In this document: positions 28,070-37,686 of the stretch, piece after piece | How the letters are laid out: the number at the start of each line of letters is the position of its first letter | How positions within the stretch are numbered: the first letter of the stretch is position 1 | Source: an uncultured Gammaproteobacteria bacterium | GTDB taxonomy: Bacteria; Patescibacteriota; Patescibacteriia; Magasanikbacterales; GWA2-37-8 | Assembly: GCA_964634875.1 (NCBI GenBank) | Contig: CAZWKA010000003.1 | Location: 16,591-80,590, forward strand | Direction of reading: 5' to 3' | Length of the DNA stretch: 64,000 nucleotides | Position numbers and translations under genes: made by a program | Notes under the pieces: generated by a model | What the model was told of the DNA's origin: nothing | What the model saw: the letters and a program-made list of their open reading frames with translations, nothing else | Database searches by the model: none

Positions 28070-28792
28070 ATGAAACGAGTTTTGCCTTTGGCTACGGTTG
28101 ACCCGTCAACCAAAAACCGGCCCACTTATTACAAGGTCATGGAAGTAGTTGGCATGACTATTTTCGCGATCTACATGGTTCTTTTGGCTAGTTTGCTGAT
28201 TCGTTCAGCAGGCGTTTTTGATTTTACCCTGATGGGCTTGGCGCTTATTTTAATCCTGCCTATCGCAGGGTATATTTTGGCTGATTTTTTTTCGGGTTTT
28301 GTTCATTTTTTAGGCGACACATTTGGTACAGAAGATATTCCCTTTTTCGGGCCTCATTTTATCCGGCCGTTCCGCGCTCATCATATTGATGAAAAAGAAA
28401 TTACTCGGCATGGGTTTATTGAAGTAAATGGTACAAATTGTATTATTTCACTGGTAGTTATTGTTCCGGCTTTTTACTGGCTGCCCATCATGAGTTCGTT
28501 TACCTATTTTTTGATCGGTGAAGTGATTTGGTTCATGATTCTTTCGATTTTTTTGACTAACCAAATCCATAAATGGGCTCACCAAGATAAACCACCCGCT
28601 TTCATCCGTTTTTTGCAGCGGTACCGCCTTATCCTGTCGCCTGAACATCATCAGGTGCACCATACTGCGCCGTTTGCAACGTATTACTGCATCACCTCTG
28701 GCTGGTTGAACGCACTACTCGCTAAACTTCATTTTTTTGACGGTATTGAGCGTATTTTCAAGTCAAAAAATTCCCAAAATAAAATTGTTTAA
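28070..28792 (+). CDS. carF: CarF/TMEM189 (PEDS1)/FAD4-family lipid desaturase
   Basis: ADFFSGFVH..GDT, FRAHH, NQIHKWAH, HHQVHH, YYCITSGWLN His boxes; promoter TTGACA-17-TAGAAT at 28013-28041. Confidence 0.85.
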   Translation: MKRVLPLATVDPSTKNRPTYYKVMEVVGMTIFAIYMVLLASLLIRSAGVFDFTLMGLALILILPIAGYILADFFSGFVHFLGDTFGTEDIPFFGPHFIRPFRAHHIDEKEITRHGFIEVNGTNCIISLVVIVPAFYWLPIMSSFTYFLIGEVIWFMILSIFLTNQIHKWAHQDKPPAFIRFLQRYRLILSPEHHQVHHTAPFATYYCITSGWLNALLAKLHFFDGIERIFKSKNSQNKIV

Positions 28793-28965
28793 AGCTAGGG
28801 TGAGTGGTCTGCTAGCTTGGTATCCCGATCTGCCTGTGGCAGGTCGGTTTTTTAATTTTGAGCCCTGACCAAATACGTCTCTGTAGTTCTTACCTTTGAC
28901 CTTGTCTTTTTCTAAGAATAATGATAAAATGGCTGGGATTTTAATATTTTCTGACCTCTCTGCCT

Positions 28966-31809
28966 ATGTCGATCTTAACCAAGATTTTCGGTGACCCGAA
29001 CGCCAAAGTGCTCAAGGAACTCCAGCCGCTGGTGCAAAAAATTAATGACTTAGAAAGTTCGCTGGCCGGGCTTTCGCATGCTGAGCTTCAAGCAAAAACT
29101 CCGGAGTTTAAAGCCCGCCTCGCAAAAGGTGAGACGCTTGATGACCTTTTGCCGGAAGCGTTTGCGGTTGTGCGCGAAGCCTCGAAGCGCCTTACGGGCA
29201 TGCGGCATTTTGATTCACAATTGATTGGTGGTATCGTGCTTCATCGCGGGAACATTGCTGAGATGCATACTGGTGAAGGTAAGACCTTGACCGGGACGTT
29301 GCCGGTGTATTTAAACGCGCTCGCCGGAAAAGGTGCGCACGTTGTTACAGTGAATGATTATTTGGCTAAACGTGACGCTGTTTGGATGGGGCAAATTTAT
29401 GATTTTTTGGGGCTCAGCGTTGGTATTATCCAGAACCAGCTCGTGTCGTATCGGTACAATGCTTTGGCCAAAGCTACTCCTGCGCTTGCCGAAGGAAGTA
29501 CGGAAGATGCAGAGCGTGATCAAAAAGGAATGTTTAAAGTTGAATATGATTATCTTGATGCCTGTAGTCGGCCGGCCGCTTACCAGTGCGATATTACCTA
29601 TGGCACCAACAATGAATTTGGCTTTGATTATTTGCGCGACAACATGGTCCAGTCCCTCGACGATCGGGCGCAGCGTGATTTGCATTTTGCGATTGTCGAT
29701 GAAGTTGACTCGATTTTGATTGACGAAGCGCGAACCCCGCTTATTATTTCGGCTCCCGCGGAAGAGGCCGCGGATATGTACTATCGTTTTGCCGACCTGG
29801 TTGCGCAGTTGGTTAAGAATGATGATTATAATGTTGATGAAAAATTGCGTTCCGCCACGCTGACTGACACGGGTATCAAAAAAATTGAAGGGTGGCTGGG
29901 TGTTGAGAATATCTATGCTGAAGGCGGCATCACTACCGTGCATCATGTAGAGCAAGCTTTGCGTGCCCGAGCACTTTTTGCACGCGACCGAGATTATGTT
30001 GTTGAGAACGGTGAAGTCGTGATCGTTGACGAGTTTACGGGTCGTAAAATGCCGGGGCGGCGTTATAGCGAAGGTCTCCATCAGGCGATTGAAGCCCAAG
30101 AACGCGTCAAGATCCAGCGTGAAAGCCGGACCATGGCTACGGTTACTTTCCAGAATTATTTCCGCATGTATGCCAAACTCTCAGGCATGACCGGTACGGC
30201 TGTAACTGAGGCCGAAGAATTCGGTAAGATTTACAAGCTCGAGGTTGTTGTTATTCCAAGTAATAAAAAAAGCCAGCGCATCGACCATCCGGATCGGATA
30301 TATAAGACCGAGGACGCTAAATTCCGGGCGATCGCCAAACAAGTCCGTGTGCTCCAAGACCAGGGTCAGCCGGTTTTGATCGGTACTATTTCCGTCCAGA
30401 AAAATGAACAGCTTGCCTTGTATTTGGAGCAGGAAGGTGTGCAGTACCAAATGCTCAACGCCAAGAACCATGAACGTGAAGGTGAGATTGTCGCCCAAGC
30501 CGGTCGTCCAGGGGCAACGACGCTTGCCACCAACATGGCTGGGCGTGGTGTCGATATCATTATGGGTGGTAACCCGCCCGAAAAAGAATTGGCTGAGAAA
30601 TCCCGTGGTAGCGGTGGTTTGTTTGTGATTGGTACCGAACGCCACGAATCACGCCGGATCGACAATCAGCTTCGTGGACGTTCGGGTCGTCAAGGTGACC
30701 CGGGTGAAACGCAGTTTTATCTTTCGACTGACGATGATCTTATGCGTATTTTTGCCGGTGAACGTTTGAAGAGGGCGATGGATGCTCTGCGTGTACCGGA
30801 TGATATGCCGATTGAACAGCGGACTATTACCAAATTGATCGAGTCAGCCCAGCGCAAAGTAGAAGGTTTTCATTTTGATACGCGCAAACACCTGCTTGAG
30901 TACGATGATGTCCTTAATCGCCACCGTGAAGTCATTTATGGTATGCGCCGCGAGATTTTGGAGAGCTATAAACAAGAAAAGGACCGATTGGCTGGGATCG
31001 TTTCGGAAGCAAAGGTGGTCGGGGCACCTGGTGAGGAGACTCAAGTTCCTGCCGGGGAAGCTGCACTGCGTCAGCGTGTTTTTCAGATGATCGAAAATGA
31101 GATCGAGCAACTCGTTTCGTTCCACACCAGTGCAGAAGACAAGGCTGAGTGGCAAATGCAAGAAATTTATCAAACAGCCGCTACAATATTCCCATTTTCG
31201 GCCGAAGAAAAAGAAGTGCTCTTGAAATTTGGTTCTTGGGGCGAAGAGAAAATGGAAGCGGTGGAAGAGCGTACCCGAGTGATCACCTATTTGACTGACC
31301 TGGCGAAACGTAAGTATGAGGATTTGCTGGTTAAGAAAACGGGTAAACCCGAATATATTTTGGAGATCGAAAAGCAAATGCTCTTACGTTCCATTGATAA
31401 TTTATGGATAGAACATCTTGTAGCCGTTGATTACCTCCGTACGGGCATTGGTCTGCGTGGGTATGGCCAGCGCGACCCATTGGTTGAATATAAAAAAGAA
31501 ACGTACCGGATGTTCAACGAGCTCTTGAGTCTGATCCAAAAAGAAGTGGTGTATACCATCTTTAAAGTTAGTATTGGTATTGAATTGGCTCCAAGTATTA
31601 TGGAGGCCGGCAACATGCAGTTCCAAGGTGCGGCAAAAACCATGGGTGGTGAAGTCGCTGCTCCGGCTAGTCGTGATCCAAAAAATGTCGAAGGTGAAAC
31701 GATGGGGCGTAATGATGTTTGCTTCTGTGGCAGCGGGGTCAAATACAAACGCTGTGGCATGGTGAATAGCCAGGAGCACCAAAAAAATTTGACGAGTAAG
31801 AAGCAATAA
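28966..31809 (+). CDS. secA: Preprotein translocase ATPase SecA
   Basis: MHTGEGKT, DEVDSILIDEARTPLIIS, ATNMAGRG, C-terminal GRNDVCFCGSGVKYKRC. Confidence 0.98.
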   Translation: MSILTKIFGDPNAKVLKELQPLVQKINDLESSLAGLSHAELQAKTPEFKARLAKGETLDDLLPEAFAVVREASKRLTGMRHFDSQLIGGIVLHRGNIAEMHTGEGKTLTGTLPVYLNALAGKGAHVVTVNDYLAKRDAVWMGQIYDFLGLSVGIIQNQLVSYRYNALAKATPALAEGSTEDAERDQKGMFKVEYDYLDACSRPAAYQCDITYGTNNEFGFDYLRDNMVQSLDDRAQRDLHFAIVDEVDSILIDEARTPLIISAPAEEAADMYYRFADLVAQLVKNDDYNVDEKLRSATLTDTGIKKIEGWLGVENIYAEGGITTVHHVEQALRARALFARDRDYVVENGEVVIVDEFTGRKMPGRRYSEGLHQAIEAQERVKIQRESRTMATVTFQNYFRMYAKLSGMTGTAVTEAEEFGKIYKLEVVVIPSNKKSQRIDHPDRIYKTEDAKFRAIAKQVRVLQDQGQPVLIGTISVQKNEQLALYLEQEGVQYQMLNAKNHEREGEIVAQAGRPGATTLATNMAGRGVDIIMGGNPPEKELAEKSRGSGGLFVIGTERHESRRIDNQLRGRSGRQGDPGETQFYLSTDDDLMRIFAGERLKRAMDALRVPDDMPIEQRTITKLIESAQRKVEGFHFDTRKHLLEYDDVLNRHREVIYGMRREILESYKQEKDRLAGIVSEAKVVGAPGEETQVPAGEAALRQRVFQMIENEIEQLVSFHTSAEDKAEWQMQEIYQTAATIFPFSAEEKEVLLKFGSWGEEKMEAVEERTRVITYLTDLAKRKYEDLLVKKTGKPEYILEIEKQMLLRSIDNLWIEHLVAVDYLRTGIGLRGYGQRDPLVEYKKETYRMFNELLSLIQKEVVYTIFKVSIGIELAPSIMEAGNMQFQGAAKTMGGEVAAPASRDPKNVEGETMGRNDVCFCGSGVKYKRCGMVNSQEHQKNLTSKKQ

Positions 31810-31810
31810 C

Positions 31811-31873
31811 AAAAAACCATCCGCCATGCACTGAATACATTTTGTATACTCAGTGCATGGAGCGGACGGTTTT
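31811..31873. terminator. Long imperfect hairpin between secA and orphan E; probable bidirectional terminator or 3' structure
   Basis: AAAACCATCCGCCATGCACTGA...TCAGTGCATGGAGCGGACGGTTTT. Confidence 0.7.
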
Positions 31874-31907
31874 GTCCTTTTAGGAAAGGGTGGGCGTCTG
31901 CGTTGTT

Positions 31908-32312
31908 CTACGGTTCGATGATGTCGGGGTAGTCCGACAGGTCGCAGGGGTTACGACGGCTGAGCAGTTCAGGGGCGGGGTGATCCGCGCTCAAGTAGAA
32001 CATGAATTCAACGTCCTCGGGGCCGATGTGGAGCGCGACGTAACCGCTGATGCTACCAATGGTTTGTTTGGTATATACCTTGGTGTGTCCATGGTAGTCG
32101 CGGAAGGCGATCTTCGCTGGTACGCCGCGGTTGGCGAGGATGACGCAGGTCGGCCACTTCTTGGGATCAGTGACGCGCGGAGCATTGGGGTCGCCAGCGA
32201 CTCGGAGGGCTTCGCCGAGTTTGGGGTCAGTTGGCGATGTATCCTCCCAGCCGGAGCAGTTGCCAAACCCGAGACAGGTAGTGCCCAACAGTGCTAACAG
32301 GTGTTTGTTCAT
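31908..32312 (-). CDS. GC-rich SD-led orphan E, possible secreted protein or lipoprotein
   Basis: AAGGAG-7nt-ATG at 32312; hydrophobic N-terminus with Cys (LGFGNC). Confidence 0.65.
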   Translation of the reverse strand: MNKHLLALLGTTCLGFGNCSGWEDTSPTDPKLGEALRVAGDPNAPRVTDPKKWPTCVILANRGVPAKIAFRDYHGHTKVYTKQTIGSISGYVALHIGPEDVEFMFYLSADHPAPELLSRRNPCDLSDYPDIIEP

Positions 32313-32383
32313 CAAGTTTCTCCTTGCGCGAGGAATGTTTACACGGTATTGTCATCGTGTCAATATTGTTTGTTAGGTATAGT

Positions 32384-32845
32384 ATGATTGCTTCAAAAAA
32401 ACACTGGCTCCTCAAAAGCGAACCATCCGCCTATTCAATTGATGATTTTAAACGCGACAATACCACTATTTGGGAAGGCGTTCGTAATTATCAGGCACGG
32501 AATTTTATGCGTGATGAAATGCGCGTAGGGGATTTGTTTTTATTTTACCATTCTAATAATGATATGGTTGGCGTCGTGGGTGTGGGCAAGATCGTTGAAG
32601 TGGGTGTGCCTGATCCCAGTGCGCTTGATGTGAAGAGTGATTATTTTGATCCTAAAGCAAGCAAAGAAAAAAATGTTTGGACAACGGTGCGCGTACAATT
32701 CGTTAAAAAGCTGCCGCGCTGCATTTCACTTGATGAAATAAAAAAACATCCTGTGCTTAAAAAAATGATGGTGGCGCAAAAGGGAGTTCGGTTGTCAGTA
32801 CAGCCTGTGTTGGTCGAAGCGTATGCTACGCTTATGGCGCTATGA
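32384..32845 (+). CDS. EVE domain protein
   Basis: HWLLKSEP, WEGVRNYQARNF, FYHS, RLSVQPV. Confidence 0.92.
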   Translation: MIASKKHWLLKSEPSAYSIDDFKRDNTTIWEGVRNYQARNFMRDEMRVGDLFLFYHSNNDMVGVVGVGKIVEVGVPDPSALDVKSDYFDPKASKEKNVWTTVRVQFVKKLPRCISLDEIKKHPVLKKMMVAQKGVRLSVQPVLVEAYATLMAL

Positions 32846-32973
32846 AATGGTAATAAAAATATCCCGATCGTGTCGGGGTATTTTTTTATTTCCTTGAGTG
32901 TGTCCACAAATTTTTATGAACACAATGGGGGAGGAGAATGGCGGCTGGGTTAAGCGGCTCGTTCTCCAGGTGG

Positions 32974-33465
32974 CTAGGTTAGGCCGAGAAGTCCGGCAAG
33001 GATATAGAGACCAAGTGCGACAGCGACACCGAGTAGCACAGCGTACAGCCTTGTCTGGCTTGGCATATGTTCAAACGGTGGCAGAATAACCTCTTCGGTG
33101 TTGTCTGCCGGATCGCGGGAGAGGGGCGGGATTGTCGGCGCCGTCGCCCGCTTGGTGAGCACTGTAGGTCGCATTGTCCGGGGAGGATAGATGGGTACCG
33201 GCACTGCCCCTAGTGGCCTCGTGTGCCTTTGGACTTCATAGACAGGGTCAGCATCGATGTTAGTCTGCCCAACTTCTACTTGAGGTGCTGGCGGGGGCGT
33301 AGGCAGGCCGAGGTAGTTGGCTTCGAGCACCGTGGGTTGCACCGGCAGTGCTGCGGGTGGTGGCTGGGGTGTCTCGCCAGGCCTGCCCAAGATGCGTTCG
33401 AGCAGGGTGGGCTGGTTACGCTTTGCGACCGGGGTAACTGGGGCTCGTGGTCTCAGTTTTGCCAT
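32974..33465 (-). CDS. GC-rich SD-led orphan F: Pro-rich disordered protein with C-terminal TM anchor
   Basis: GAGGA-6nt-ATG; C-terminal LYAVLLGVAVALGLYILAGLLGLT; promoter TTGACA-17-TACGAT at 33559-33587. Confidence 0.72.
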   Translation of the reverse strand: MAKLRPRAPVTPVAKRNQPTLLERILGRPGETPQPPPAALPVQPTVLEANYLGLPTPPPAPQVEVGQTNIDADPVYEVQRHTRPLGAVPVPIYPPRTMRPTVLTKRATAPTIPPLSRDPADNTEEVILPPFEHMPSQTRLYAVLLGVAVALGLYILAGLLGLT

Positions 33466-33487
33466 GGCGTTTCCTCGTTTGAGGGGT

Positions 33488-33540
33488 TTTTCCAGTTTTT
33501 GGAAGAGCCAAGTAGCTTGGCGGTTCTAAGAACTGGAAAA
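33488..33540 (-). other. Long hairpin in the 5' leader of orphan F
   Basis: TTTTCCAGTTTTTGGAA-GAGCCAAG-TAG-CTTGGC-GGTTCTAAGAACTGGAAAA. Confidence 0.7.
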
Positions 33541-33657
33541 TTGCCTAAATAGCAGCTTATCGTATATCTTTGTCTTTTCTTTGTCAATTGGTGCAGAAGC
33601 GCCCTGTTGGTAGCAGTCACTCTTTCTGTTATAGTAAAAATAGACGCTTTTATACGT

Positions 33658-34254
33658 ATGCCTCAAAAATCAAAACAACAGGCGCTTGACCGTGTAGCCG
33701 AAGAAATCCGGCAATGTTTGGTTTGCCAGAAAGGTAAAACCGGACTGGCTGTACCGGGCGAAGGGAACCCGGACGCCAACATCGTTTTTCTCGGTGAGGC
33801 CCCGGGCAAAGAAGAGGCTAAAACCGGTCGGCCGTTTATTGGGCGGTCGGGAAAATTATTGCGTGAAATGATCGGTAAGTTGGGTATCCGTCCAGAGGAT
33901 GTTTTTATTACTAGCCCGGTAAAATATTTACCCACATATATTACTCCAACGCCCGATGATATTGCGCATGGTAAAATTCATTTAGAAGAGCAGTTGTCTA
34001 TAATACAACCGGCGGTCATTGTTCTTTTGGGTAGGGTGGCGGCCTTGGCTGCGCTGGGTTCGATTGGTCCGGTTTTAAAAAAACACGGGACGGTTATCTC
34101 CAAAGATGGAAGAAATTATTTTTTGACTATCCATCCGGCGGCTCCGTTGTATGCCCCTAAGATGAAAGTCGTCATTGAGGAGGATTTTAAAATACTGCGT
34201 CTTTTTTTAAAGCAGCAATTTTCTTTGAAAAATACCGGGATGAAGACTAAATAA
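33658..34254 (+). CDS. Uracil-DNA glycosylase family 4
   Basis: GEAPG, GRPFIGRSGKLL, LLGRVA, TIHPAA. Confidence 0.92.
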   Translation: MPQKSKQQALDRVAEEIRQCLVCQKGKTGLAVPGEGNPDANIVFLGEAPGKEEAKTGRPFIGRSGKLLREMIGKLGIRPEDVFITSPVKYLPTYITPTPDDIAHGKIHLEEQLSIIQPAVIVLLGRVAALAALGSIGPVLKKHGTVISKDGRNYFLTIHPAAPLYAPKMKVVIEEDFKILRLFLKQQFSLKNTGMKTK

Positions 34255-34349
34255 TGGCTTAAAAATGGCCTTTTTTTAACTCCTTATCCACTTGTCAAAA
34301 AGAGTAGAACAGAGTAAGATGCTGGAGAAATTAGTTCTTAATTATCAGT

Positions 34350-36398
34350 ATGCCTGCTAAACCTCAGCATTTCAGCAAGACGCCGACGCATTCCCAGGTA
34401 AAATCGAGACTGGCCGGTATTTTAATACTCGTTGTTTTTTGTGCAGTTGTGGCTGCGCCAGCCTACGCCAATAAAGGTATTGATTGGGTAAACAACACCG
34501 CCAACCTCGGGTTGCCCCGATTACCGGATAACGGTTACAACCTTGGTCTTGATCTCCAGGGTGGCGCACACCTCGTGTACCAAGCGAAAACAGATGCTAT
34601 TGCCGAAGCTGATAAAGCTAGTTCGGTTGAGGGTGTGCGTGATGTTATCGAGCGTCGTGTCCGTGGTGGTTTGGGTGTATCAGAACCGCTCGTCCAGACG
34701 ACTAAGGTTGGGAGTGATTACCGCATCATTGTTGAACTGCCTGGCGTGACGGATGTTAATCAGGCGATTAAGAGTATTGGCGAAACACCTGTTCTAGAAT
34801 TTAAAGAAGAAAATACTGCCCCACCACGGGAATTGACTGCAGCCGAAACAAAACAGCTCACTGATTTTAATAAAGCCGCTGATACAAAAGCGAAAGAAGC
34901 CCTTCGGGCAGTGCAGCGCGGCATGAACTTTGCTGAAGCCGCGGCTAAGTATAGTGAGGATGAAAAAACTAAGACCGCCGGCGGAGATCTAGGTTTTATT
35001 GATGAGACCGTCTATCCAGAATTATTTGCCTGGGCTAAAACCCACAAAGTAAATGAAGTCGGTAATGCTTTGGTTACGACGCCGACAGGTCTGAATGTCG
35101 TAAAAAAAGTAGCAGAAAAAGAGGGTGAAAAAGAAGTTACAGCTTCGCACTTGCTGATTTGTTTTGCCGGTGCCACGCGCTGTGATGACGCGCAATATTC
35201 TAAGGAAGATGCTCTTAAGAAAATCCAGGAAATTAAAGCAACGATTACTCCAAAAAACTTTGCCGAAAAGGCAAAAGAATTTTCGACTGAACCCGGGGCT
35301 GACCAGAGCGGTGGCGTACTTGGCACTTTTAAAAAAGGAGCTTTGGTAAAACCGTTTGAGGATGCTGTTTGGGATCAGAAAGTTGATACCATTTCTGAGC
35401 CAGTGGAAACGGAGTTTGGTTACCATCTTATCCATAAGACCGGTGAGGCAATCGCTAAGCAGTACCAGGTTGCTCGCATTTTGGTAGCCACTAAAACCAA
35501 GACAGATATCGTCCCACCAGCAGAACAGTGGAAATCAAGCGGCCTTACCGGTAAGCAGCTCGAACGAGCCGAGGTTACCCAAAACCAAATTACCGGAGAT
35601 ATCCAGGTAAGCCTTAATTTTGATGATGAAGGTTCTAAGTTATTTGCTGATATTACCGGCCGTAATGTGGGGAAAGCAGTAGCTGTTTTCCTTGACGGTG
35701 AAATTATCAGTGCCCCGGTTGTTAACGCGGCAATTACCACGGGGAGTGCGGTAATTACGGGTGGGTTTAGCTTGACTGACGCTAAGCTTTTGGCGCAGCG
35801 CCTTAATTCAGGTGCGTTGCCGGTACCAGTTGAGCTCCTCAGCCAGCAAACCGTGGACGCTACGCTTGGTGCTGATTCGCTTGATAAGAGTTTCCGTGCT
35901 GGTGTCTTTGGTTTGATTGCAGTTATGGTCTTTATGATTCTTTATTACCGCTTACCAGGCCTTTTGTCCGTACTATCCTTGGCTTTCTACGCCCTCCTGA
36001 GTTTGGCGGTATTCAAATTGATGGGTGTAACATTGACGCTCTCTGGTATTGCTGGGTTTATTCTTTCCATCGGTATGGCGGTTGACGCTAATGTGCTTGT
36101 ATTCGAGCGTCTTAAAGAAGAGTTGGCTGCGGGTCGAACGCTTAAGTCAGCTACTGAAGAAGCCTTTATTCGTTCGTGGCCTTCAATTCGTGATAGTCAT
36201 ATTACCGCCCTCATCAGCTGTGTCTTCTTGATTTGGTTTGGTACTGGGTTTATCCAAGGTTTTGCCGTTATCTTGGGAATTGGTACTTTAATTAACCTGT
36301 TTACCGCCATCACGGTAACGAGGACAGTCATGCGGTCGGTTTTCCCTTTCCTTAATGAAAAAGGAAATATTCTCTTTTTAGGATATAAAAAAGATTAA
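34350..36398 (+). CDS. secD: SecD with inserted parvulin-type PPIase domains
   Basis: LGLDLQGG, IIVELPG, IGMAVDANVLVFER; insert with AKYSED..GGDLGF, ASHLLI, GGVLG, VETEFGYHLI. Confidence 0.95.
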   Translation: MPAKPQHFSKTPTHSQVKSRLAGILILVVFCAVVAAPAYANKGIDWVNNTANLGLPRLPDNGYNLGLDLQGGAHLVYQAKTDAIAEADKASSVEGVRDVIERRVRGGLGVSEPLVQTTKVGSDYRIIVELPGVTDVNQAIKSIGETPVLEFKEENTAPPRELTAAETKQLTDFNKAADTKAKEALRAVQRGMNFAEAAAKYSEDEKTKTAGGDLGFIDETVYPELFAWAKTHKVNEVGNALVTTPTGLNVVKKVAEKEGEKEVTASHLLICFAGATRCDDAQYSKEDALKKIQEIKATITPKNFAEKAKEFSTEPGADQSGGVLGTFKKGALVKPFEDAVWDQKVDTISEPVETEFGYHLIHKTGEAIAKQYQVARILVATKTKTDIVPPAEQWKSSGLTGKQLERAEVTQNQITGDIQVSLNFDDEGSKLFADITGRNVGKAVAVFLDGEIISAPVVNAAITTGSAVITGGFSLTDAKLLAQRLNSGALPVPVELLSQQTVDATLGADSLDKSFRAGVFGLIAVMVFMILYYRLPGLLSVLSLAFYALLSLAVFKLMGVTLTLSGIAGFILSIGMAVDANVLVFERLKEELAAGRTLKSATEEAFIRSWPSIRDSHITALISCVFLIWFGTGFIQGFAVILGIGTLINLFTAITVTRTVMRSVFPFLNEKGNILFLGYKKD

Positions 36399-36422
36399 TC
36401 CTCTCTTTACTAGCATGTCTCT

Positions 36423-37337
36423 ATGAAAAAAATTCCTTTTATTAAGTACCGAAAGACCTGGTTGGCACTTGCCTTGATTACCCTTGTTATTGGCGCAGGC
36501 ATGCTCTTGAAATGGGGTCTCAAGCCAGGTATCGATTTTACTGGTGGGTCACTTTTTGAACTGTCGTTTGGCAGTGCTGCTCCGGCAACAGAACAGATTG
36601 AACAGAATATAAAGAGTCAGGGTGTTGAAGAAGTGATTGTCCAGCGCTCAAGTGATAACCGTTTCATTATTCGTACTGGTTTTTTGAACGAAGACCAACA
36701 CCAGAAAGTTATCGGAGCACTCCGGAAAGAATTTGAGAATAAAGATCGTTCGCTTACCGAAGACCGGTTTGAGACTATCGGCGCCACCATAAGCCAGCAG
36801 CTCCGGCAGCGGTCACTCTGGGCGGTAATCCTCGTGAGTCTGAGTATTATTTTGTATGTTGCATTTGCTTTCCGTCAGGTTAATCGTCCGTTGCCTAGTT
36901 GGCAGTATGGTTTGATTGCAATCATAACCCTTTTGTATGTTGTTGTTATCGTTGGAGGTGTCTTTGCTGCGCTCGGCCGGTTTAAAGGGGTTGAAGTCGA
37001 CGTGGCGTTTGTGGTAGCAATATTGACTGTACTTGGCTATTCGGTAAATGATAGCATCGTCGTATATGACCGTATCCGCGAAAATTTAACCCGGAATCGA
37101 ATCGATGATTTTGGCGAGCTCGTTAATACCGGGCTTAATGAAACATTGGCTCGTTCAATTAATACCGTGGCAGCTGTTTTGTTTCCATTGTTTGCCCTGT
37201 ATTTTTTTGGCGGTTCGACTGTTCATTATTTTGCCTTAGCCTTGCTCCTGGGTATGGCTATTAGTACAATTTCTTCTATTTTTGTCGCCAGTCCGCTTTT
37301 GGTAGTAGCTGAAGAATGGCAGCGCAAGAAGGCCTAA
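36423..37337 (+). CDS. secF: Protein translocase subunit SecF
   Basis: GIDFTGGS, GYSVNDSIVVYDRIRE. Confidence 0.96.
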   Translation: MKKIPFIKYRKTWLALALITLVIGAGMLLKWGLKPGIDFTGGSLFELSFGSAAPATEQIEQNIKSQGVEEVIVQRSSDNRFIIRTGFLNEDQHQKVIGALRKEFENKDRSLTEDRFETIGATISQQLRQRSLWAVILVSLSIILYVAFAFRQVNRPLPSWQYGLIAIITLLYVVVIVGGVFAALGRFKGVEVDVAFVVAILTVLGYSVNDSIVVYDRIRENLTRNRIDDFGELVNTGLNETLARSINTVAAVLFPLFALYFFGGSTVHYFALALLLGMAISTISSIFVASPLLVVAEEWQRKKA

Positions 37338-37503
37338 GAAATTCTTGGACTCTTCGCAGTAAAAAATCATCTTAACAATCTTGCCTTGCCAGGTAAGATT
37401 GTTTTTTTATCAAGAATATGGTATATTCTCATTAAAGTATGAAAACACTGGGATGGTAAAACATGATCTCTTTTACTAGCGCGGTGTTTTAATGTTTTAT
37501 GGT

Positions 37504-37665
37504 ATGAGCGACTCCTTTATACGTCATATTGTGGCTCTTATCGCCACCCTTATTTGTTTGATGGCCTATTTTGCCGGGTATGTATCTGGCGGTTTTGGGT
37601 GGTGGTGGACAGGGTTTGCGTTGCTTATCATTTATGGCGGGGTGTACCGGATTATTGATAAGTAA
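37504..37665 (+). CDS. Small two-TM membrane protein (53 aa, below the ORF-track cutoff)
   Basis: Hand translation MSDSFIRHIVALIATLICLMAYFAGYVSGGFGWWWTGFALLIIYGGVYRIIDK; fills the gap before the next gene. Confidence 0.6.
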   Translation: MSDSFIRHIVALIATLICLMAYFAGYVSGGFGWWWTGFALLIIYGGVYRIIDK

Positions 37666-37686
37666 ATTTGAAATTTGTAGTGCGGT

